A stretch of 64,000 nt of DNA. Origin: a virus (taxonomy: Duplodnaviria; Caudoviricetes). The translations under genes and the position numbers were made by a program. The notes beneath the pieces were generated by a model that saw only the letters and a program-made list of their open reading frames with translations, ran no database searches and was not told the DNA's origin. Every line of letters begins with the position of its first letter. The first letter of the stretch is position 1. The stretch is taken from IMG/VR virus record IMGVR_UViG_3300037424_001021, positions 1 through 64,000 of that record, one strand, 5' to 3'. Positions 1 through 7,713 of this stretch are shown here, one piece after another.

Positions 1-521
1 TTCCAGTGATCCCAATACCGACTCAACGCAGCACGGCGATCCTTGATCTTCGAAATGAGACCAAAGAACTCGTCCGCAGGAAGACGCTGACCATTGTGCG
101 CAGCATCCAGACGCTCTTGGATCTCATCCACCGCAGCCTTGGTAGGCTGGATGAACTTTTCCATGCCCACGGCCATCCGACTCTGGATCTCGCTCAGTTT
201 GTCGAGACGAGAATCCAGCTCCTCTTCGGCCAAACTGTTCACCACGCGATCGTGATCATAGAAGGCATGAGAACGAGCACGTTCCTGTTCCCAGGTCGTC
301 TTGTCGCTCAACGCATGAGCGAACATCGCCTTTTCCAGGATGTCATGAATCTGAGGAGTCACCTCCAAATTGAGGATCGCGATCTCCTCCTTGGAGAGAT
401 GCTCCTCCATCATGAGGAGATCTCCCTCATTCAGACCCATATCTTCGCGCACGAACTGAAGACCGTGCCCCGAGAACGAACTGAACAGCGAAATGACTTC
501 CTGATTGAGATTGTCGAACAT
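1..521 (-). CDS. Hypothetical helical protein, partial (runs off the left edge; absent from the ORF track)
   Basis: Manual translation of the reverse complement from ATG at 521: MFDNLNQEVISLFSSFSGHGLQFVREDMGLNEGDLLMMEEHLSKEEIAILNLEVTPQIHDILEKAMF...RAALSRYWDHW, 173 codons with no stop. GGAGG Shine-Dalgarno just upstream. GC3-rich codons. Confidence 0.8.
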   Translation of the reverse strand, partial: MFDNLNQEVISLFSSFSGHGLQFVREDMGLNEGDLLMMEEHLSKEEIAILNLEVTPQIHDILEKAMFAHALSDKTTWEQERARSHAFYDHDRVVNSLAEEELDSRLDKLSEIQSRMAVGMEKFIQPTKAAVDEIQERLDAAHNGQRLPADEFFGLISKIKDRRAALSRYWDHW

Positions 522-556
522 CGAAGCCTCCAATAGAATGTTAAAGAACCATTTTC

Positions 557-591
557 GAGAAAAAGGCGGATTAAGTTTTACCCTTTTTCTC
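557..591 (-). terminator. Intergenic inverted repeat (terminator-like hairpin) containing AAAGGCGG
   Basis: GAGAAAAAGG (557-566) and CCTTTTTCTC (582-591) form a perfect 10-bp inverted repeat. Confidence 0.45.
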
Positions 592-759
592 ACAGATAAT
601 CAATTTATCCTATTAGTATACCAATATATATATCTTAAGAAGTATTCATAACAACCTCCCTTCATAGAAACCATTGCGAAGCAAACAGAATGAATCAAAT
701 ATTTTGTGGAGTAGTTATCTACTCTACAATTTAAGCATATTGTCATTGCGGAGCAGATA

Positions 760-1284
760 CTAATCACACAAAGGTTCCAAGTCCAACTGCTCCACAAGAG
801 ATTGATACACTTGATAATCCTCCGTTTGTCGCTGACAAGCATCTGATCGATTTACTCCCAGATAGCGATGTCCATCATCTGCATCACCATGGTCCATCCA
901 CCATGCAAGATGCAACAACTCGTGAATCAAAATATATATTTCATATGAATCAGAATCATCCTTACGCAAGAAAATCGCACCATGCTTGCCTCGTGGATCA
1001 TTAGTCCACACAAATAGTCCATCGGCATCATCTGGAAGGCTATCAGCATCCCAATTGATACTAATCTCTGCCTTGCGATACTTGAACTTTGCTACTCCCA
1101 TGTCAATGCCTTCATACGCATGCACACCTTCAATCACTGCCTGAATCACCTCTCTGTCTAACTCCGCAGGAGGATTCACGCAAATACCATGTACATAGTA
1201 CAATGCATTGTCGCAGTTCGGTAGCTCAATGCAGCCACCAAGAAACAAGCTTGTCAGACTCAACACGATAATCAATTTACTCAT
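760..1284 (-). CDS. Predicted lipoprotein zinc metallopeptidase (zincin-like)
   Basis: Signal peptide MSKLIIVLSLTSLFLGGC ending in a lipobox Cys. HELLH (HExxH) followed by a further His (WMDH). AAGGAG SD upstream. Confidence 0.65.
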   Translation of the reverse strand: MSKLIIVLSLTSLFLGGCIELPNCDNALYYVHGICVNPPAELDREVIQAVIEGVHAYEGIDMGVAKFKYRKAEISINWDADSLPDDADGLFVWTNDPRGKHGAIFLRKDDSDSYEIYILIHELLHLAWWMDHGDADDGHRYLGVNRSDACQRQTEDYQVYQSLVEQLDLEPLCD

Positions 1285-1321
1285 GACTTTCTCCTTGTTG
1301 AGATGGATTAATTCCCACCAT

Positions 1322-1355
1322 AAAGGCGGGTATACCCTTTCAGATATAACCGCCT
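1322..1355. other. Intergenic imperfect hairpin containing AAAGGCGG
   Basis: AGGCGG-g-TATA (1324-1334) pairs with TATA-a-CCGCCT (1345-1355). Confidence 0.4.
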
Positions 1356-1366
1356 CTAGCTAGAAA

Positions 1367-1606
1367 TTAACGAGTCACCTTCTGTTGAAGAGCACAAATG
1401 CTCATTTCCAGACGTTCGATGTACCTCTGTGGCGCCTTGTTCTTCTCAGCTACCTCAAGAGCGATCTGCATCTTCTTGATGGTATCGAACAAGGTTACGA
1501 GTTTCCGATCAGCACGATTCTTCATGATTCGCTCCTGTGAACAGAGATCGCATCGTTGAAAAGTGGCAACACTACTACAAGCACTACAAATGCTATCCAT
1601 TGTCAT
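1367..1606 (-). CDS. Small hypothetical protein (Cys-pair N-terminus, coiled-coil C-terminus)
   Basis: 79-aa ORF; CxxC...CxxC near the N-terminus; GAAAGGA SD; co-oriented with neighbours. Confidence 0.65.
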   Translation of the reverse strand: MTMDSICSACSSVATFQRCDLCSQERIMKNRADRKLVTLFDTIKKMQIALEVAEKNKAPQRYIERLEMSICALQQKVTR

Positions 1607-1611
1607 CCTTT

Positions 1612-1800
1612 CTATTTGGTCGAGATAAATACCTCAACCAATTCTCGTGCCGACTTGACCTGAAGCATATTCAGATCAATTTCTATGTCAGGACCTAAGA
1701 GAACTTTCTCAACAAGCTCACTGCGAGTGAATTTGTATCTTTGCAAGCTTCCTACTTGTAAAGGAGATAACGTAACAGTAACAGGGGTATTCATTGTCAT
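1612..1800 (-). CDS. Small hypothetical protein
   Basis: 62-aa ORF with TAAGGAG SD; tightly packed with the 1367-1606 gene. Confidence 0.65.
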   Translation of the reverse strand: MTMNTPVTVTLSPLQVGSLQRYKFTRSELVEKVLLGPDIEIDLNMLQVKSARELVEVFISTK

Positions 1801-2193
1801 AGATTCTCCTTAGAGCAGTGAAAGAAAGGTCACACCATGGCGGCGGGTAATTAATATCCCAATCACTCGCAGATATACTATTATTTTATATTCCTTGACT
1901 ATTATATAAGGATGCAATAGTACATCCTTGCAGGTAATGATACCTACCATGACTACTCTCCTTGTCAGTTCTCCCAAGATTCCTCAATTTTCACCATGAA
2001 AATTTCAGACCCTGGGGCCTTGCAACGATATGGGACCCTAATTCCATATATAAAATACCCCCTACTCTAAAAGAATAATTCTCCTTTTGCTCCTATAAGC
2101 AAAAATCAAAATAAAAATATTTTTCCAATGCTGCTTATTGATCGAATTTTTATAAAATAATTTTCAAAAATGGCTCTATTAGACATTTTGATA

Positions 2194-2205
2194 TATAATG
2201 TCAAT
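2194..2205 (+). promoter_or_regulatory. Possible -10 element for a leaderless transcript
   Basis: TATAAT at 2194-2199 lies exactly 6 nt before the ATG at 2206, with no SD. It sits in the GACATT...AATGTC inverted repeat. No clear -35 box. Confidence 0.35.
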
Positions 2206-2448
2206 ATGAATAATTTAATTTCTTCTTTAGAGTCTCTTCGTCTTCGTTTGGATAAATCAGGAGTTAATAGAACTTACGGTTTAGCGACAACAATGGGCGA
2301 CGATTGTTTCTATTATAAAAAATCTTTAGATTTATTTGAAAGACAAGATCTTGATGAATTAAAACAACTTCTTTTAGAAGTCGCGAAAGAAATGAAAAAA
2401 GTTGAACCATCTTTTCTTGCCTTTTTTGAATCAAAAGGCGGGAAGTAA
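2206..2448 (+). CDS. Small hypothetical protein (start probably 2206, not 2170)
   Basis: In frame with the track ORF; its stop overlaps the next start (TAATG). Confidence 0.6.
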   Translation: MNNLISSLESLRLRLDKSGVNRTYGLATTMGDDCFYYKKSLDLFERQDLDELKQLLLEVAKEMKKVEPSFLAFFESKGGK

Positions 2449-3227
2449 TGTCCGTATACGAAAAGAAAAAAGACGCAATAGCTAATCTAATACGAGAAGA
2501 TAAAAAAGAAATTACTCGTGAAGATTACTTTAGATTTATTACTCATACTTTAGATGATTATTCTGATTTATCTTTTACTCCAGAAGAAGCAGAAAAACTT
2601 CAATCTCATCTTCAAAAACTCTCTACTGGTTCTACTGCTACTTCTCCAATGATTTGTCTCGGGCCGATGTGCATTGTAGCTGCAAGATGCCCTTTGCAGC
2701 AGATGGGGAAGGCCCCGATAGGAAAAATTTGCTTAATCGAGGCTCAGATTTTAAATCACTGGGTTATGCAATATATGGACGAGTACGAAGTAGATCCAGA
2801 AAACTTTACCGAAGTATCGATGTGTAACGAAATGGCAGAAATAGAAATGCTACTCAATAGACTGAATATGGCTCTTGCTCGTCCCGAAAATGCGGAGTTA
2901 ATTATTGATCAGGCAATAGGCGTAGATAATTCAGGTGAACCAATTATTCAAAAACAATTATCTCCTTATATGATCCAGAAAGAAAAACTTTTAGCAAGAA
3001 AAGCTAAGTTAGTTAAACTAATGGTTGGAGATAGACAAGAGAAATACAAGAAAGAGGCGGCTCTTAAAAAGCAAGAAACGCTTGACCCTTCGAGTAAACA
3101 GGCGGAAATGCGCAGAAAGATTGATCAACTAGCTAGATCTATGGAAAAATTGGATATTTCTACCACAGATAATAGCAAACCAAAAGTTCTTACCCCAGAT
3201 GAAATTATTGCTTCTATAGACGATTAA
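2448..3227 (+). CDS. Cys-cluster protein, candidate terminase small subunit
   Basis: C-x4-C-x5-C...C cluster (ICLGPMCIVAARCPL...KICLIE), helical/coiled-coil C-terminus, first long gene of the packaging operon. The function is inferred from position only. Confidence 0.35.
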   Translation: MSVYEKKKDAIANLIREDKKEITREDYFRFITHTLDDYSDLSFTPEEAEKLQSHLQKLSTGSTATSPMICLGPMCIVAARCPLQQMGKAPIGKICLIEAQILNHWVMQYMDEYEVDPENFTEVSMCNEMAEIEMLLNRLNMALARPENAELIIDQAIGVDNSGEPIIQKQLSPYMIQKEKLLARKAKLVKLMVGDRQEKYKKEAALKKQETLDPSSKQAEMRRKIDQLARSMEKLDISTTDNSKPKVLTPDEIIASIDD

Positions 3228-5998
3228 TGAAAAAGAATTGGACTATCTGGGATTTAGAAGCAGGTGGCCTAAAACCTGAACGTTCTTCTATCTATTCAAT
3301 CTCCTCTCTCTATCAAAATCAAGTAACAAACCTTTTTGCTAAACCAGTTCCTGGAACTGTTATGTCTCAATGGTCTCGTTCTCAAGTCTGGGAACCGATC
3401 CGCCGACAAGCCAAAGGAACAGAACAAGAAGCTCTCTCTTCTTTTCTTCAGACTCTTCAACAAAGACAAGGACAAACATTCGCTGGATGGAATATTGGCT
3501 ATCCCGACAGTTCGGCGGGATATGATATTCCTTTTATACAGAGAAGAGCAGAAAAGTACGGTCTTCAAGAGCAATTTCAAAAAGCATTTGCAGGAGTAGA
3601 AGTTAGAGATATAGGTAGAGAATATGCCTATAAATTAGCTAAAACTCTAGGCAGACATAAAGATGTTATAGATCCAGATTTATGGAGATCTCTTGAAACT
3701 TATAGAAATGTCGGAATGGCATTTCAAAAACAAGGACTTTCAGAAAGACAAGCCGCCGAGCAGTTAGCACGATCTGGATATAAGATCGCCGGATGGAAAC
3801 AAGAACAAGCATATGAATTATTAACTGGAAAGAAATATACAGCTCACCAGTCTCAGTTTGACATTGCAGCTCTGCAGGAGATAGCTGAATCAAAGATTCC
3901 AACTACTCGTGAATTCGCCGTTAAATGGAATAGCATGGCAGTTCAACAGAGAACTATCTCTTCTATTCTCTCAGGCGCGCCCGCGTGGGAAAAAGAAGCA
4001 ACCCATTATGTCGAGAATATTGAGAAAGCCAAAAAATACGGTATTTCTAATATTGAGGATCTAATTGCCGCCGAAGCTGAAAAACGTGGCGCAGATTTAT
4101 CTAGACTGCGAGCTGGTTTAGGGTTTAAAGAAGAATTCCAAAAAGTGGGCGGAAAAATTAGTTTCGCGGGGAAAACCCCCGAAATTAGTAAATTACTAAC
4201 ACTTGGCGCAGCAGGTATCAAAAAACATCCTTTTGTTACTGGAATAGGACTAACTCTTGGATTGGCCTATTTAACTAAACCCTTATCTGCTATTTCATCT
4301 AAAGATGATGACTACAATACAATTCAAGGATTGCAACACAAAGGAGTTGCAGGAAGAACAAGAAGAGAGAATACAGATTTTGGTTCAGGATGGAGAGGTC
4401 TTTTAAGAAGTAAATCTCTATGGACTGCAACTGGTATTATCGCAGGAATTGGAGGTCTTGGTTATGGAATTCATAAACTTCATGGGTATCTTGAAGAAAG
4501 AGATCCAGATAGGCGGCGATATTTAGCTAACATTAAACATCGATTTACAGGATATACTTCTAGTTTAGAAAAACATGGAGTATTTGTAGGTACTGGGCAT
4601 AAACGTATTCTAATTCCTAAATCAAAGTTCACAGAAGAAGATATAGAACAATTAGGTTTCACTGGAACTGTTTTTGCAATTCCAGAATCAGGACAAGATC
4701 AATTAACATCTTATCGTAATCCATATAATCCATATCATTTACATAGCCATGGAGAATTCTGGTCTGTGCATAAAGATAGACATGCGGCTATCACGATGTC
4801 TATCAAGAAAGTCTGGGCAGATAAAGATGCGTTTTTAACAAATATTGCTCAATCTATAGCTGAAATTCCAGCTGGAGTGGCACATATAGTTACAGAGGGT
4901 ATTCCCGGAGCTTATTACTGGTTAAGAAATAAATACAGTCAAAATATAGATATGGCAGAAAAAATTAGACGAGAACAAGGACTAAAATTTTCTGGAAAAG
5001 ATGACGATTACAATACTATAGAAGGTTTACGCCATGGAGGTTTAGCTGAACAAAAAAGAAAAGAATTAACAGACTTCGGTTCTGGTTGGGTAAGAAGAGC
5101 GCTTTCTAAAGGAATCGAATTAGAAAAAATTGCCACAGCAAGTAAAACTCTTGGGAAAGAACTAACTATTGAAACAACTTCTCAAGGAACTCGCTGGTTA
5201 ACTGGCAAACAGTTAGGCAAGGGCGGTTTTGGTAAAGTATTTGAAGCATTTCAAGAAGGCACTGGAAGAGCTGGTGTTTATAAGTATACAGGCTTGACTC
5301 AAGCTTTGGCTATTGGAACTGAAATTGGTTCTCCAGCCTTTTTCCATAGAACAAAAGTAACAGGATTAACCACAAAAGAACTCACTGCAACTCAAAGTCT
5401 AAGAGACGAGTTTGCTCGAAATTATATGAGTCCTACATCAGAAGCTTTTATAAAGACAACAAGCGAATATGGCGGCATGGGAGCAATGCACGAATCTGCA
5501 ATGCAGAGATTGGCACGAGAAAAATTTGGCAATATGGTTCCAGAAGTTTATGGCGAAACAAGTACTGGTCTGTTTATGGAATCGGCGGGCAAGTCACTCA
5601 AAGACAATCCAGTTGAAAGAGTAAAAGCCCTTGAATGGATGCAAAAAGAATGGGCAGGAAAACAACTAGGACAAAGTTCTAAATTTGATGAATTAGGAAA
5701 TCTTATTAAACAAAATGAATATCTTTACCATTTAGATCCTCAAATCGGGAATATAATGAAAAAAGGTAAAAGATACATGATGATTGATTGGGGAGTTGCG
5801 GCTAAAACTACACAGCCGTTGTCAAGAGAAACAATTCATGCTGCTGATGAAGCTTTTGCAGAATATGTTAGTATAGAGAAGGCTAAATTAAAAATTATGC
5901 AACAATCTATGCATCAAAAAGCAGTACAAGATTTAGCTACTCACTCTTTAAGGCCAGGGCAAGGTCATACCAAAATGACTAAAAAAATTGCGAGATAA
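3227..5998 (+). CDS. Polyvalent protein: DEDDh 3'-5' exonuclease + repeat + His-rich unknown domain + repeat + protein kinase-like domain
   Basis: ExoI WDLE (D9,E11), ExoII WN...YDIPF, ExoIII HQSQFD (H207,D212). Kinase Gly-loop LGKGGFGKVF (663-672), catalytic loop HLDPQIGN (835-842), DWG (854-856). Two copies of a 31-aa repeat. Confidence 0.8.
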   Translation: MKKNWTIWDLEAGGLKPERSSIYSISSLYQNQVTNLFAKPVPGTVMSQWSRSQVWEPIRRQAKGTEQEALSSFLQTLQQRQGQTFAGWNIGYPDSSAGYDIPFIQRRAEKYGLQEQFQKAFAGVEVRDIGREYAYKLAKTLGRHKDVIDPDLWRSLETYRNVGMAFQKQGLSERQAAEQLARSGYKIAGWKQEQAYELLTGKKYTAHQSQFDIAALQEIAESKIPTTREFAVKWNSMAVQQRTISSILSGAPAWEKEATHYVENIEKAKKYGISNIEDLIAAEAEKRGADLSRLRAGLGFKEEFQKVGGKISFAGKTPEISKLLTLGAAGIKKHPFVTGIGLTLGLAYLTKPLSAISSKDDDYNTIQGLQHKGVAGRTRRENTDFGSGWRGLLRSKSLWTATGIIAGIGGLGYGIHKLHGYLEERDPDRRRYLANIKHRFTGYTSSLEKHGVFVGTGHKRILIPKSKFTEEDIEQLGFTGTVFAIPESGQDQLTSYRNPYNPYHLHSHGEFWSVHKDRHAAITMSIKKVWADKDAFLTNIAQSIAEIPAGVAHIVTEGIPGAYYWLRNKYSQNIDMAEKIRREQGLKFSGKDDDYNTIEGLRHGGLAEQKRKELTDFGSGWVRRALSKGIELEKIATASKTLGKELTIETTSQGTRWLTGKQLGKGGFGKVFEAFQEGTGRAGVYKYTGLTQALAIGTEIGSPAFFHRTKVTGLTTKELTATQSLRDEFARNYMSPTSEAFIKTTSEYGGMGAMHESAMQRLAREKFGNMVPEVYGETSTGLFMESAGKSLKDNPVERVKALEWMQKEWAGKQLGQSSKFDELGNLIKQNEYLYHLDPQIGNIMKKGKRYMMIDWGVAAKTTQPLSRETIHAADEAFAEYVSIEKAKLKIMQQSMHQKAVQDLATHSLRPGQGHTKMTKKIAR
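4301..4393 (+). repeat. 31-aa internal repeat, copy 1 (KDDDYNTIQGLQHKGVAGRTRRENTDFGSGW)
   Basis: 22/31 residues identical to copy 2 by direct comparison. Confidence 0.95.
4997..5089 (+). repeat. 31-aa internal repeat, copy 2 (KDDDYNTIEGLRHGGLAEQKRKELTDFGSGW)
   Basis: 22/31 residues identical to copy 1; immediately precedes the kinase region. Confidence 0.95.
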
Positions 5999-5999
5999 A

Positions 6000-6536
6000 A
6001 TGAATTTCATTTCTTCAATGCTAGTAGGAACAGGAAAAGCCACAGGAAAAGCTGCAATAGGAAGTGTTCCTAAAAGAATGCTTCTCGGAGCAGAGCTTGG
6101 AGCTGCCTATACTGCCGCAACTACCGATCAACAGGAAACTACCAATTATCTATCAAGTCTTGCTAAAGGAGCATTGACTGGAGGATTACTTGGTGGAGCA
6201 TCTAGATTGGTTACTCCCGCCCTTGTTGGTGGACAAATTAGAAAGCCACTTGGAATGACTGGAAAAGGAATCAAAAATATTGCAAATGCTGGATATAAAA
6301 CAGCTAAATTAGGACTTCGTGGGACTTTTAATACTGCTAATTTCGCATTACGTCATCCCTATATGGCGGCGGGTATCATAGGTGGCGGATATGCCCTAAT
6401 GAATCAAATAAGTGAACCAATCTATAGTTCAGATATATATAGTGCTAAATCATATCAATCTTCTGGTTCCAATAGACAACTGATGCAAAGTACAGAAGGA
6501 TTAGTTTCTGGAATGTGGCAAAGTAGGCACGGATAA
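6000..6536 (+). CDS. Gly/Ala-rich basic protein with hydrophobic helices (putative internal/ejected virion protein)
   Basis: ATG at 6000 follows TAAA, in frame with track ORF 5988. Gly-rich hydrophobic segments (LAKGALTGGLLGGAS, YMAAGIIGGGYALM). Confidence 0.55.
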   Translation: MNFISSMLVGTGKATGKAAIGSVPKRMLLGAELGAAYTAATTDQQETTNYLSSLAKGALTGGLLGGASRLVTPALVGGQIRKPLGMTGKGIKNIANAGYKTAKLGLRGTFNTANFALRHPYMAAGIIGGGYALMNQISEPIYSSDIYSAKSYQSSGSNRQLMQSTEGLVSGMWQSRHG

Positions 6537-6539
6537 ATA

Positions 6540-7148
6540 ATGTTCAAATATATCAATACGTTAGAAACTCCAGTTCAAAAATTTGGGCAAACTAGTGTTG
6601 GAGGAATTTTTAAAAGAGGAATTCTCGAAACTTTTGGTTGGGAATTCAAAGGAACTCAAAACTATGGCTTTCTTGGTAAACATTCTCCAGAGTTAGCAAA
6701 GAGTATTGAAAAAGCAACTGGGAGAATGGGTAAATTTAAAGCCAAAACTCTTGGTAAAGGATTTAGAGGATTAGGATTAGGCTTTACCTTATTTAGTGCA
6801 TATCAGGGATATAAAGAAGGCGGGATAGCTGGAGCAGCAAAAGAAACTGCCATTATGACAGGTTATAATATCGCATTTCAGGCTGTTAAAACTGCCTGGA
6901 GTGTTGGAAGTTCAGTTCCAGTTCTTGGAGCCGTTGCTGCTGCTTATGGAACTTACAAATTTGGCCAAGCGGCGGGGAAATATGGTAAACGAATGGAAAG
7001 TCTAGAAATGGGAAGGCCAATAATTGATAATTATGGAACAATTGCTACACTTAGACAAAGAAGTATGCAAGCTATACAAAATACGCATTTAAATGGAAGA
7101 ATGGCAATGGGAAACGAAGCATTTTTGATCCATGGAGTTATGAGGTAA
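6540..7148 (+). CDS. Gly-rich membrane-helix protein (putative virion/ejection protein)
   Basis: GLGLGFTLFSAY and VPVLGAVAAAYG segments; polar C-terminus LRQRSMQAIQNTHLNGRMAMGNEA. Confidence 0.55.
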   Translation: MFKYINTLETPVQKFGQTSVGGIFKRGILETFGWEFKGTQNYGFLGKHSPELAKSIEKATGRMGKFKAKTLGKGFRGLGLGFTLFSAYQGYKEGGIAGAAKETAIMTGYNIAFQAVKTAWSVGSSVPVLGAVAAAYGTYKFGQAAGKYGKRMESLEMGRPIIDNYGTIATLRQRSMQAIQNTHLNGRMAMGNEAFLIHGVMR

Positions 7149-7155
7149 AAAAAAG

Positions 7156-7698
7156 ATGAGTTTAGCATGGATGGCAAATAATTGGGGAAGAATGGGACTT
7201 GCTGCTGCAAAAGGTTCTTTTGGTAGAACTATTCAAGGAGCTACAATTGGAGCTGCCGCTGGAGCGGGATGGGGAATGATGTCATCTGATACCTCTGTAT
7301 TGGGTGGAATGCTAATGGGCGCTGGATTAGGAGCAGTTGGAGCACGATATGGAGGAGCTGGACTTCGTAAAGGATGGAGAGGCGGTCAAGGTTTCATGAG
7401 TGGAGTTCGAGCACAAGCAAGAAGAGATTATCGAGGATTATTTTCTAACACAAGTGGAGCTTCTGTTCAAAAAGCAGCACAAGGAAGAGCTGCTCCAAGA
7501 GGAGCTACAATGAGTTCAAATGCTCCGCGATCTCGTATTATTAAGAGAGGACAAGGCGGACCTCTAAGAGTTCCTCCAGGAATTCATAGACTCAATAGGC
7601 AGACTTTTCCAGGATTCGGCGGGAATAGTGAACCGCTGTATGGAGGATCACGAAGAAATATTATTAGAAGAAGAGATGCTAGATTTTTTGGAGTCTAA
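7156..7698 (+). CDS. Gly-rich hydrophobic N-terminus with Arg-rich basic C-terminus
   Basis: GATIGAAAGAGWGMM and LGGMLMGAGLGAVGA glycine-zipper-like segments, then an R/G/P-rich tail. Confidence 0.55.
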   Translation: MSLAWMANNWGRMGLAAAKGSFGRTIQGATIGAAAGAGWGMMSSDTSVLGGMLMGAGLGAVGARYGGAGLRKGWRGGQGFMSGVRAQARRDYRGLFSNTSGASVQKAAQGRAAPRGATMSSNAPRSRIIKRGQGGPLRVPPGIHRLNRQTFPGFGGNSEPLYGGSRRNIIRRRDARFFGV

Positions 7699-7713
7699 TC
7701 CTGAAAGGTTCAA

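Noticed and set aside
6-536. 176-aa plus-strand ORF in the track
   Set aside because: It is the shadow of a minus-strand gene (start 521) that has a GGAGG SD, natural composition and the same orientation as its neighbours.
600-842. 80-aa minus-strand ORF; its shorter form (600-746) has CxxC...HxxC
   Set aside because: The long form overlaps the lipoprotein gene; the short form lacks an SD, and an internal GGGAGG leads only to a 4-codon ORF. It cannot be supported.
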